The notes under the pieces are model-generated. The model did not search any database. It was not told where the DNA came from and worked only from the letters and a program-made list of their open reading frames with translations. From positions 4,170 to 68,169 of the forward strand of contig DASWKF010000103.1 of assembly GCA_036396795.1 (NCBI GenBank): 64,000 bases of DNA. Direction: 5' to 3'. A program made the translations under genes and the position numbers. The DNA is from Gammaproteobacteria bacterium (GTDB taxonomy: Bacteria; Pseudomonadota; Gammaproteobacteria; Steroidobacterales; Rariloculaceae). Positions within the stretch are counted from its first letter, which is position 1. Each line of letters starts with the position of its first letter. This document shows positions 19,168 through 27,652 of this stretch, piece by piece.

Positions 19168-20451
19168 CTACCAGACGCTCGGCCACGGTTTACCAACCAT
19201 AAACTCAGGATTGGCACCGGCACGGGGGCTGAACTTCTGAATTCGGCCGTTGTTTACCGAGGCTGTGTAAAAGTTTCCTTCGTTGTCGGTCGACATGCCG
19301 TGCACGCCCCACATCCCGCCGGGGTATTCGCCCCAGCTGCCCCAGGAATAGAGGTAATGCCCCTGGAGATCGTAACCTACGATCTTGTGGGTACCCTGGT
19401 CGGCTGCCCAGAGCTTCTGATCGCTGGTGACGATGAAGCTATGAATGTCGTGCGGCTGCCCGCGTCGGCCCTTCCAGAAGCTCCACTCGTGCAGATAATT
19501 GCCGTCTTCGTCGAAGACCTGCACGCGGCCGTTATCGCGATCGTTGACGAAAACGCGCCGCGTCGTCGGATCGACGGCGATACCGTGAACGTTGTTCCAG
19601 TATCCCGGGCGGGTTTCCTGGCCCGCTCCCCGGCCCTTCTGACCCCACTGCGCCAGGATATTGCCGTCCATGTCGTACTTGATGACGCGGGTGTTGTCGT
19701 AGCCGTCGGCCAGATAAAACGTGTTCTCGTCCATGAAGACGAGAAAGGTCGGGCGGCGGAAGTGGTTGTCGTCCTCACCCGGCTCTCCCGGGGTGCCGAA
19801 CATCTGCACCAGCTCGGAGCCATCGTTGGTGAACTTGGCCATGAAATGCCCGTCGGCATCGACGATCCAGACATGCTTCTCGGGATCGTAGGGACTGATC
19901 TCCACGTCGTGAGGCCGATACCAGAGGTGATCCCATTGCGTCCACTCTTCGACGATGTTGCCCTCGCGGTCGATAACGAGCACGCAATGCTCCCAGCGCC
20001 AGTCGATGCCGGGTCTGCCGTTGCCCGGCTCGTCAATCTGATCACCGTTCGGGATGGCTCCGCCCGCTTGCCGCAGCGGCAGCCTGAAGTTCGGGTAGTG
20101 ATAACCAGGCCCGAGCTGCGGCAGCCAGATCGTCTCCGGCCGCTCCTGGGGGAACTCGACCAGCTCACCTTTCTGCACGAGGAATACGCGGTCCGGACTT
20201 TCGGCGAATACGTCCATCGTGACCGACCAGGTCCAGCCTTCGTGCCCCGGCAGGCTTTCCGACATCGGCTTCGGCCAGTTCGGGACGATTTCGTAGGGGC
20301 CGAACGTGTCCTGCCCGCCTACCTGCCCCGGGATCGCGGCGAACCCGGCGCCCGGCAGCGGTTGCTCCTGCGCGCCGACTCGGCTGCCGAGCAGCACGAA
20401 TACTAGAAGACCGGCACAGGCCGCCGCGATTGTAAGAATACGTTTGTTCAT
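19168..20451 (-). CDS. Secreted NHL-repeat beta-propeller, peptidyl-alpha-hydroxyglycine alpha-amidating lyase (PAL)-like, paralogue 1
   Basis: Signal peptide from MNKRILTIAAACAGLLVFVLLG. Repeated propeller blades, with NNVHGIAVDPTTRRVFVNDRDNGRVQVFDEDGNYL closely resembling the PAL motif (ADRENGRIQCF in animal PAL). Confidence 0.75.
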   Translation of the reverse strand: MNKRILTIAAACAGLLVFVLLGSRVGAQEQPLPGAGFAAIPGQVGGQDTFGPYEIVPNWPKPMSESLPGHEGWTWSVTMDVFAESPDRVFLVQKGELVEFPQERPETIWLPQLGPGYHYPNFRLPLRQAGGAIPNGDQIDEPGNGRPGIDWRWEHCVLVIDREGNIVEEWTQWDHLWYRPHDVEISPYDPEKHVWIVDADGHFMAKFTNDGSELVQMFGTPGEPGEDDNHFRRPTFLVFMDENTFYLADGYDNTRVIKYDMDGNILAQWGQKGRGAGQETRPGYWNNVHGIAVDPTTRRVFVNDRDNGRVQVFDEDGNYLHEWSFWKGRRGQPHDIHSFIVTSDQKLWAADQGTHKIVGYDLQGHYLYSWGSWGEYPGGMWGVHGMSTDNEGNFYTASVNNGRIQKFSPRAGANPEFMVGKPWPSVW

Positions 20452-20521
20452 TGTCGTCCCCTCTGAAGTTCTCAACCTGCAAATGTCCGCTTCCAAGAGC
20501 GGTCGCCGCACTAGCGTAATG

Positions 20522-20998
20522 TTACCTAGGAGGTCCGGGGCTCGTCATACTGAATATCATGACCTCGTCATCGCCAGCGCGACCCTGTGCCTCATAGATC
20601 CAGCCAGTGCGCTCATAGAAATCCCCGGCGGCACTGATACCCATATACACGATCGACTCGCCCAGTGACGCTGCGGCACGGACTGCTACGGAGATTAGTT
20701 GGGTTGCCACGCCTTGATGACGCCGTTCTGGAATCACGTACAGGCCGCCCACCCATGGTGATAGATGACGATGGGAATGCACCGACTCCGACAGCAGCGA
20801 GGCCGTCCCAATGGGGCTGGCCTGTTCTAGGGCGACGAAAGACATCGGAATCGTATCGCGAACACTGAACTGGCGGAGCCGTTCGGCTGAATCGTAGTTC
20901 GCTGACGTTTCCGGCCATTCGCGATGGAACCAGCCCGCGAGCTCTGGAATCAGCTCCGGATGGTCGGCTAAGAGGGCAATGTCCATTCCATATCTCAA
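20522..20998 (-). CDS. GNAT-family N-acetyltransferase
   Basis: Acetyl-CoA motif region GGLYVIPERRHQGVATQLISVAVRAAASLG...FYERTGW. The start is either the TTG at 20998 or the in-frame ATG at 20986. Confidence 0.75.
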   Translation of the reverse strand: MRYGMDIALLADHPELIPELAGWFHREWPETSANYDSAERLRQFSVRDTIPMSFVALEQASPIGTASLLSESVHSHRHLSPWVGGLYVIPERRHQGVATQLISVAVRAAASLGESIVYMGISAAGDFYERTGWIYEAQGRAGDDEVMIFSMTSPGPPR

Positions 20999-21171
20999 AC
21001 AATGATCTGCTGCGAGGGGTACCGGGAAATCGCTTCTGCGTCTAGCTGCGGCGGAATAGCGATATCCGCCGGCCTAAGTTTCCCTTCGTTTCCCATGAAA
21101 TAGGCAGTCCATCCGCCAGCCGCCGTCTCCACCATAAGTCGGCGCCCGAATACATTGAATATCAGTCGCAT
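20995..21171 (-). CDS. Small ORF (58 aa), unannotated in track, translationally coupled to the GNAT gene
   Basis: My translation: MRLIFNVFGRRLMVETAAGGWTAYFMGNEGKLRPADIAIPPQLDAEAISRYPSQQIIV*. Its TGA overlaps the GNAT TTG (TTGA). The motif FNVFG..W..G.G...D.xIPPxL..E...Y resembles a widespread ~70-aa proteobacterial small-protein family that I cannot name with certainty. Confidence 0.45.
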   Translation of the reverse strand: MRLIFNVFGRRLMVETAAGGWTAYFMGNEGKLRPADIAIPPQLDAEAISRYPSQQIIV

Positions 21172-21206
21172 CGTTTCGCTCGTGGCGCGCTAAGGGCATT
21201 CTCCCA

Positions 21207-21238
21207 CTTCCGCTTTCGGCCAAAATCTGCCGCCCCTC
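21207..21238 (-). promoter_or_regulatory. Conserved ~30-nt upstream element, copy A
   Basis: Plus strand cttccgctttcggccaaaatctgccgcccctc. About 35 nt upstream of the small-ORF ATG (21171). 26/30 identical to copy B. Confidence 0.35.
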
Positions 21239-21267
21239 AATCGCCTCTGATCTCGAACATTTATCGG

Positions 21268-22755
21268 CTAGCGTATCGGTAGTCTGGCATAGAGATAATT
21301 GCCCAGATCGATCGCGGAAGGCGGGCTCAGATTCGATAGGACGACAGTCACGTAGCCAGACTTCGGATAGATCTTCAGGTCGCCATTCATGCCCGGCGCA
21401 GCGCCATTGTGCCCGACCCATCCGGCTCCATCAGCGCCTCGAAAATCAGGTAGACCATAACCATAGCGGCCCCAACCAGTCTCTACTACCCCGGTCGTCA
21501 TCAAATCAGTGTGACGCGCATCGAGGAGCTTGTGTCCCAACAACGCCCGCGCAAATCTGAATAGATCACGGACAGTTGAGTAACCACCTCCCGCCGAGGT
21601 TCCTCGAAAAGGCAGCGTGTCCGAGTTCGGCTGCCAATCATCACTGCCTGGCGGTCTCATATATCCTACGGACTGATCGGCAACGTCACGGTTCTCGGGC
21701 TCCGAGCCGCTGGCCGTCATGCCGGCAGGCTCGTAGATATGCTCGTCCACGTAATCGTAATAACTTTGGCCGCTTACACGTTCGATAACGATGCCGAGAA
21801 GGATGTAGCCGTAATTGCTATACTTCCATTCTGTGCCAGGCTCGAACTCTAGACCTCGCTCTCCGAGGAGCGTCATGTAGTCATCAAGCGTCCGAAGCTC
21901 GTCCTTCACGGCTTGATATTCAGGACCGAAGAAATCTCCCGTGCCGCCCGTGTGGGTAAGCAAGTGATGGATCGTGACCTTCGCAGCGAGCTCCTCATTC
22001 GGGTAGTCAGCAACGTAGGTCGCCAATGAGGCCATGAGTTCGACTCTTCCGGCTTGCACTAGCTGGAGTACTGATGCTGCCGTAAACATCTTATTCATCG
22101 AACCGATCCGAAATCGAGTGTCGACCGTGTTTGGAGTTCCTCTGTCGTGATCTGCCGGCCCATAGGCACGTTCAAACAGTACTTCCTCGTTCCGGGCTAC
22201 CAAGACAGCTCCCGAGAAACGATCGCTGGCAACTTTTCTCTCAGCTTCGGCGTGAAGCCCAGCTATCGCCTCCGCCTCGGTCATTCGAGGGATCACGAAA
22301 GAGTCCGGGCGCGCAGTTCTCTGCAAGGAAGCACGCACAAATGTGTGAGGGCTTTCTGGCTCGACCTCGAAGTCGAGTCGCCAAAAGTCATCGGACTCGC
22401 GTGCTTCCAGCAGACCAACGAATCTTGTGAGAGTGGTCTCTTCGATCACCCGAAGGTCAAAGCCCCCCGTGCCGAAGCTAAGCGTAGCGGCCGCCTCCGG
22501 GTTACGCATGGCAGCCGGCAGGTTCGAAGTCTGGAATTCGGTGATCTGCGCTAGATCTCCGCTGTTTATCGCGGCGATCCAGGCCCGAAATTGCAGACTG
22601 GCCGGGCCGTCAGTCAGCTCGGAAGATATTTGAGCTAACGCCTGGCCAAGTATGAGAACGGTCAGGGCAGCCGCCTGTACCGAGCGGCCCCCGATCCTTC
22701 TCATATCGCGTACAGACGCCGAAACGTCTGCTCTTGGGAATACACTTGGCATCAA
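21268..22755 (-). CDS. Serine hydrolase, beta-lactamase/transpeptidase-like (class C / esterase family VIII type) with extra N-terminal domain
   Basis: S-x-x-K motif in FRIGSMNKMFTAASVLQLV, with downstream YSNYGY and HNG-type motifs. Signal peptide region MRRIGGRSVQAAALTVLILGQALA. The start may be 22755, 22752 or 22704. Confidence 0.85.
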   Translation of the reverse strand: MMPSVFPRADVSASVRDMRRIGGRSVQAAALTVLILGQALAQISSELTDGPASLQFRAWIAAINSGDLAQITEFQTSNLPAAMRNPEAAATLSFGTGGFDLRVIEETTLTRFVGLLEARESDDFWRLDFEVEPESPHTFVRASLQRTARPDSFVIPRMTEAEAIAGLHAEAERKVASDRFSGAVLVARNEEVLFERAYGPADHDRGTPNTVDTRFRIGSMNKMFTAASVLQLVQAGRVELMASLATYVADYPNEELAAKVTIHHLLTHTGGTGDFFGPEYQAVKDELRTLDDYMTLLGERGLEFEPGTEWKYSNYGYILLGIVIERVSGQSYYDYVDEHIYEPAGMTASGSEPENRDVADQSVGYMRPPGSDDWQPNSDTLPFRGTSAGGGYSTVRDLFRFARALLGHKLLDARHTDLMTTGVVETGWGRYGYGLPDFRGADGAGWVGHNGAAPGMNGDLKIYPKSGYVTVVLSNLSPPSAIDLGNYLYARLPIR

Positions 22756-22784
22756 CCAGTCCTCATGATTGCATGACAGCTGCC

Positions 22785-22814
22785 CTTCCGTTTTCGGCCA
22801 GAAACTGCCGCTCC
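22785..22814 (-). promoter_or_regulatory. Conserved ~30-nt upstream element, copy B
   Basis: Plus strand cttccgttttcggccagaaactgccgctcc. About 32 nt upstream of the hydrolase start. Confidence 0.35.
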
Positions 22815-22910
22815 AAAGTTACGAGTACCATCTTAAAGTAATTTTTTCGTGCTCCTAAGTCTAGCTAGAAACCACTTGAATGTTATTCTCAACCGTGGGA
22901 ACGTCTGTAA

Positions 22911-22929
22911 CTGTCCGAAAACGGATATC
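22911..22929 (+). promoter_or_regulatory. Conserved upstream element, partial copy C (opposite orientation, serving the + strand gene)
   Basis: ctgtccgaaaacggatatc. The core TGTCCGAAAACGGA matches TGGCCGAAAACGGA of copy B (gene-sense orientation) at 13/14 positions. It lies ~28 nt upstream of the GTG at 22953. Confidence 0.3.
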
Positions 22930-22952
22930 ATCAAACGATTGACGGCTCCTGC

Positions 22953-23822
22953 GTGGACAGGAGAACTTCGAGCCCTGAAAATGCCCTACGCTCGCCGAGA
23001 CCCATGATCGAAGTAAATCCGCAGCCAAGCGCTACAGTCTTCCTTGACCGGGCGGAGACCTGGCTCCAAGAGAATGAGCCTACCCATCGTGCCATACTTT
23101 CCGTAGCCCGCCTGTTGCAGGGCGAGAGCCACTTCGAACCGCCGTTCTATCTAGCCACCGTTAAGGCCGATGATCGTGTGTGTGGATGTGCTCTGCGTGC
23201 CGCGCCGGATGGCCTTTATCTTACGGATCTGCCGCAAGAGGCGATGTCCACCATCATTGAGCAATTGCGGGGGCTATATTCGACGCTACCGGAGGTTACC
23301 GGACCAGAACCCATCGCGACCGCATTTGCCGAGCGATGGAATTCACGAGAGTGGAGGCTACATATCAGATGCCTGTGCTATCGGGTAAAGTCCGTCGTCG
23401 AACCTTCGCATCGCGCCAAAGGCTCGCTTCGCAAGGGGCTTGCGAGCGATCTTTCTCTACTTCATGAATGGGCGCCGGAATATGCCCGCGAAAGCGACGC
23501 AAGGCTCGATATGCAGTTGTTTTTCGAACGGATGATAAAACGAGGGCTGCTATATCTGTGGGACGACAATGGTGCCCGATGTGTTGTGACAACCTCAAAG
23601 CTGACGCCAAACGGCGCGGAGATCTCTTCCGTGTACACGCCGCCGCGCTTCAGACGCAAAGGATACGCAACTGCCGCGGTCGCGGCCGCGAGCCGATGCG
23701 TCTTGGACTCGGGGAGGAAGTACTGCATGATTGCCGCCGATGAACGTGCTTCGGAGACGAATCGGCTTTACCGAAATATCGGCTACGAGCAGGTGGGTGA
23801 GCTCGTAGTCATCCATCTCTGA
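22953..23822 (+). CDS. GNAT-family acetyltransferase with N-terminal non-catalytic domain
   Basis: C-terminal GNAT core (VYTPPRFRRKGYATAAVAAASRCVLDSGRKYCMIAADERASETNRLYRNIGYEQV). Alternative start at ATG 23004 (MIEVNPQ...). Confidence 0.7.
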   Translation: MDRRTSSPENALRSPRPMIEVNPQPSATVFLDRAETWLQENEPTHRAILSVARLLQGESHFEPPFYLATVKADDRVCGCALRAAPDGLYLTDLPQEAMSTIIEQLRGLYSTLPEVTGPEPIATAFAERWNSREWRLHIRCLCYRVKSVVEPSHRAKGSLRKGLASDLSLLHEWAPEYARESDARLDMQLFFERMIKRGLLYLWDDNGARCVVTTSKLTPNGAEISSVYTPPRFRRKGYATAAVAAASRCVLDSGRKYCMIAADERASETNRLYRNIGYEQVGELVVIHL

Positions 23823-24235
23823 AGATTCTGTGCTCGGGCGAAGGCCCGCCTTTGGCCGATAGCTGACTCGCGAGGAATTTAAGAATCCGGGCGAGGCTAG
23901 GAACTCAGGGAGTAGCTTTTCATGGCGGGGCGGGAAACACGCTTCGAAGACACTTGCCAGATTACAGGAATCAAGAATGACGTCTCTGTAGTCGGCGAGA
24001 TCCTTACGTTTCGGGAAAGGGGCCTCATCATCGCGACGATTGCGCGTTCGGCGAAGGTTACGCTTCGCTGGAATGACCGGGTCCAACTCTATGTCGGTTC
24101 CTTGGGCGGCGTGGAGTTTCAGTCGCCGGGGCCGAAATCGCATACATACCGAACGCGAAGATAGCTGCATTTCGACTGTCCGCAGCTGAAAAAGCAGATG
24201 TTTGTTGATCACGATGTTTCGACGGGGTGACGCGG

Positions 24236-24682
24236 ATGGAGATTTGGGTGGACGCCGACGCATGCCCTGTGGTGGTCAAGGAGATATTGTTTAGAGCGGC
24301 ACGGCGTACCGGCATTCAGCTGACGCTCGTTGCCAACCAATCCATGCATGCCCCGAAGTCTCCATCGATTCGAACGATTCAGGTCCCTTCGGGCTTTGAT
24401 GCCGCAGACAACGAGATAGCAAAAAGATGCAGGGCTGGAGATCTCGTAATAACAAGCGATATCCCTCTGGCAGCGGCAGTAATCGACAAGGGAGGCTACG
24501 CGCTCAGCCCTCGTGGTGAGATGTATTCGGCGGACGACATCAAGGCACGTCTGACCATGCGGGATTTTATGGATACCCTGCGTGCGAGCGGCATACATAC
24601 CGGCGGCCCGCCCGCATTGAGCCGGAGCGATAGGCAGCTTTTCGCGAGCCATCTGGATGCCTTGCTGGCGAAGTGCTCCTGA
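24236..24682 (+). CDS. yaiI: YaiI/YqxD family protein (UPF0178/DUF188)
   Basis: [22 protein letters not shown]...VANQ...[31 protein letters not shown]...SPRGEMYS is near-canonical for UPF0178. Confidence 0.85.
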   Translation: MEIWVDADACPVVVKEILFRAARRTGIQLTLVANQSMHAPKSPSIRTIQVPSGFDAADNEIAKRCRAGDLVITSDIPLAAAVIDKGGYALSPRGEMYSADDIKARLTMRDFMDTLRASGIHTGGPPALSRSDRQLFASHLDALLAKCS

Positions 24683-24764
24683 ATGACCACTCCTGGCCAA
24701 ACGCGCACGGGTACCCGCCGGAACGGCTCTTCGAGTCGGTGAACGCTTGCTGAGATCGGCAGCG

Positions 24765-27080
24765 CTAAGTTGCGACTTTCTGAAGTGCTGCGTGCACGCG
24801 CTCGGGCGTGAACGGTGCTCGCCGCAGCCGCGCGCCGGTTGCGTCGAAGATCGCGTTGGCGATCGCCGGCGTGATCGTGCGCGTCGAGGGCTCGCCGGCA
24901 CCGTAAGGGGGAAGCTCCGGCCCGTTCACCAGCACGATATCGATCTCCTCGGGCGCGTCGCGCATCTCGAGAATCGGATAGCTAGCCCAGTCGGTGCTCG
25001 TGACCGTCTCGCGGGAGAATCGCACCTCTTCGAACAACGTGCGGCTCGTGCCGTGAATCACGTTGCCTTCCAAGGTGCGCCGCAGCCACAGCGGATTCAC
25101 GATCACGCCTTGATCCGCGGCGACGACGAACTTGCGCGGCCACACCCGGCCGCTGCTCAGATTCACCTCGACCTCGGCGATCACGGCGACTACTGAGCTG
25201 TTGCGCCGCGTGTAGGCAACGCCGCGACCGACGGCGATGTCGCCGCGCCGCTCTACGCCTGAGCCCGCAACCCGCGGCTCCCACGCATAACGATCCGCGA
25301 CGGTACGCAGCACGTCCGCATCGCGCTGCTCCTTGAGGTAACGCAGGCGAAACTCCACCGGGTCCGCGTCGGCGACGTACGCAAGCTCGTCCATGAAGCA
25401 TTCGCTCGCGAAATGCATCTGCGGACCCAAGGGGTCACGCAGATGCGCGGTACGCAAGGGCGATGCTCGTTGCAGTAAGGGCGCGATCGTCTGCCAATAG
25501 TTGAGCTTGACGGGAAACTCGTAGCGGTCGCCCGGATTGTTGAATCGCGGCACGCTCGCGTCCGGCCAACCGGTCAGCATGCCCGCATAGGTATGGCTGG
25601 GATTGCTTTCGTTGCTCTCCATGTCGCCGGCCGAAAAACCCTTGGAGCGGAAGCTCAAGGCCAAGACGTTGCCCGAAGCATCGAGCCCGGCGCGCACGTG
25701 ATGGATCGACGCCGGTCCTTTAGGATCCCAGGCGTGGCCCTCATGGCGCATGCCCTGAACGCGCACGGGACGCCCGATTGATTTCGAGATCAGCGCCGCC
25801 TCCATCGCGGCGTCGCCTGAGTCGTTGCGCCCGTAGCTGCCGGGCCCCGGCACCCAGATGCCTCTGACCTTCTCGACGGGAAGCCCGAGCAGCTTGGCGA
25901 CGCCCTCGGCGGCGTAATGCGGCTTCTGCGAGCCGGTCCACAAGGTCGCGTGATCGCCGCGATAGTCGCAGACGGCGCAGGCCGGCGCCATGCAAGCGTG
26001 CGACTGAAACGGAAACTCGTACTCGGCCTCGACGACGCGATCGGCACGCGACAGCGCGGCTTCGAAAGCTGCGACGTCGGGCGCGACGTTCGCGCCGCGG
26101 CCGCCGCCGGCGCTTTCGCGCACGACCGGCGCGTTACGGATGTGATCGTAGAGCGCCTGCTGCTCCGGGAACGGCGCCTGCACGTTCGACCAGGTCACGC
26201 TCAGTTGTCTCGCGGCCTTGATCGCGCCCCATTCGCTGTCGGCGACGACGGCGAGAAAATCGCCGTCGCGCACGACGCGGCCGCCCGGGATATCGGCGAT
26301 CGAGGCGTTATCGACCGTTACCGGCACGCTGCCCGCGACCGGGGGTCGAATGACCCTTGCGTGCAGCATCCCCGGAACCTTGACATCGACGATGTACTCG
26401 CGCGTGCCTAACACAATGCTCGGCAGGTCGCGCCGCGCGGCCGGCTTGCCGACGATCGAATATTCGCTCGACGGTTTCGGCGTGGCCCGCCCGTGTGCGT
26501 CGAGCCCATTGCCGTATTGGCCGTTCCATTCGAGCCGCACGTCGAAATGCTTGCCGCCGACGAGCTCGCCGTAGCCGATGCGCTCCGCTGGCGAGTCCAG
26601 CACGTAAACGCTGCCGTCGCGCGTGCCGACCTGGCTCATAAGCACGCCGAGGCGCTGCGCGCCGAGCTCGCTCAAGACGCGCCGCGCTTCCGCAGCGGCG
26701 TTGCGCAAGGGATTGCCGCCCTCCTCCAGGCCGCTGCTGCCGCTCGCGCCGCCCTGATTCACGGTCAGCGCGGTGTCGCCCATGACGACGTCGACGCGCT
26801 CGAGCGCGGTGTCGAGCTCCTCGGCGACGATCTGCGCGATCGACAGGTCGACGCCCTGCCCCATGTCCATCTTGCCGAAGTACGCGGTGACCTGGCCCGA
26901 CTCGTCGATCGACAGATACGTATCGAGCTGCCCCGGCGACAGCGGACGCCATAACGGTCCGCTTTCGCCTTCCGCTGCGCGGGCGGGCGCAATGCCGCGC
27001 GGCGCGACGATGGAGACCACCAAGGCACCGCCGCCCTTGAGCACGCTGCGCCGGCTGACGTTGACCGCAAACGGCTGCAT
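24765..27080 (-). CDS. Molybdopterin-binding large subunit of a xanthine-dehydrogenase-family hydroxylase (IorB / aldehyde oxidoreductase beta-like), Tat signal
   Basis: An in-frame ATG at 27080 gives MQPFAVNVSRRSVLKGGGALVVSIVAP. Two aldehyde oxidase/xanthine dehydrogenase Mo-binding regions are present. It follows the 2Fe-2S subunit gene. Confidence 0.85.
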   Translation of the reverse strand: MQPFAVNVSRRSVLKGGGALVVSIVAPRGIAPARAAEGESGPLWRPLSPGQLDTYLSIDESGQVTAYFGKMDMGQGVDLSIAQIVAEELDTALERVDVVMGDTALTVNQGGASGSSGLEEGGNPLRNAAAEARRVLSELGAQRLGVLMSQVGTRDGSVYVLDSPAERIGYGELVGGKHFDVRLEWNGQYGNGLDAHGRATPKPSSEYSIVGKPAARRDLPSIVLGTREYIVDVKVPGMLHARVIRPPVAGSVPVTVDNASIADIPGGRVVRDGDFLAVVADSEWGAIKAARQLSVTWSNVQAPFPEQQALYDHIRNAPVVRESAGGGRGANVAPDVAAFEAALSRADRVVEAEYEFPFQSHACMAPACAVCDYRGDHATLWTGSQKPHYAAEGVAKLLGLPVEKVRGIWVPGPGSYGRNDSGDAAMEAALISKSIGRPVRVQGMRHEGHAWDPKGPASIHHVRAGLDASGNVLALSFRSKGFSAGDMESNESNPSHTYAGMLTGWPDASVPRFNNPGDRYEFPVKLNYWQTIAPLLQRASPLRTAHLRDPLGPQMHFASECFMDELAYVADADPVEFRLRYLKEQRDADVLRTVADRYAWEPRVAGSGVERRGDIAVGRGVAYTRRNSSVVAVIAEVEVNLSSGRVWPRKFVVAADQGVIVNPLWLRRTLEGNVIHGTSRTLFEEVRFSRETVTSTDWASYPILEMRDAPEEIDIVLVNGPELPPYGAGEPSTRTITPAIANAIFDATGARLRRAPFTPERVHAALQKVAT

Positions 27081-27085
27081 GGAGC

Positions 27086-27559
27086 TTACGCCTGCTGCGC
27101 CTGGATTTGCTGCGCCGCGCGCTTCACGGCTCGGAGAATGGCCGAGTGTGCGCCGCAGCGGCACTTGATCCCCGCGAAGGCCTCACGGATGGCGGCATCA
27201 GTAGGCGCCGGGTCACGCTCGAGCAGCGCCACCGCGTAGAGTGCCCAGCCGCTGATGCAGTAGCCGCAAAACGGCACCTGCTCTTCGATGAAGGCCTGCT
27301 GCACCGGGTGCGGCTGCGCTTCGGTGCCCAGACCCGCGAGCGTCGTCAGCGCGCCGGTGGCGGCCGACACCGGCAGGATGCAGGAGCGCACGGGCTGGCC
27401 GTCCATGAGAACGGTGCAGGCGCCGCACTGGGCGAGGCCGCAGCCGAAGCGGGGGTTTCTGAGGCCGAGATGGTCGCGAAGCGCGTACAGCAGCGGCATG
27501 TCCGGCTCGACGTCGAGCGTATGGCTTGCGCCGTCCACCATTAACGTCACTAAGGCCAT
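27086..27559 (-). CDS. (2Fe-2S)-binding small subunit of the molybdenum hydroxylase (IorA/NicA-like)
   Basis: MALVTLMVDGASHTLDVEPDMPLLYALRD...GCGLAQCGACTV and CGYCISG...CRCG: two [2Fe-2S] cysteine clusters. Confidence 0.9.
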   Translation of the reverse strand: MALVTLMVDGASHTLDVEPDMPLLYALRDHLGLRNPRFGCGLAQCGACTVLMDGQPVRSCILPVSAATGALTTLAGLGTEAQPHPVQQAFIEEQVPFCGYCISGWALYAVALLERDPAPTDAAIREAFAGIKCRCGAHSAILRAVKRAAQQIQAQQA

Positions 27560-27652
27560 GCCATCCCTCGGCAATCCTGGAGCGCCCAAGATTACCATAG
27601 CCGCCGCCGATCCGAGCGCGGGCCGGCATGGGCGCGGTGCGCAGCGCACGCG

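Noticed and set aside
20522-21171. GNAT-type toxin-antitoxin module (small upstream ORF plus ~160-aa GNAT with overlapping stop/start)
   Set aside because: The gene layout fits, but the small protein shows no ribbon-helix-helix/DUF1778-like features. The GNAT lacks anything I can tie to TacT/AtaT-type toxins. It is kept only as a low-probability alternative inside a finding.
23595-24263. 222-aa minus-strand ORF
   Set aside because: It overlaps the 3' end of the GNAT gene by ~230 nt and the yaiI start. Its composition is patchy. At most a short internal part could be real (see the finding on 23823-24226).
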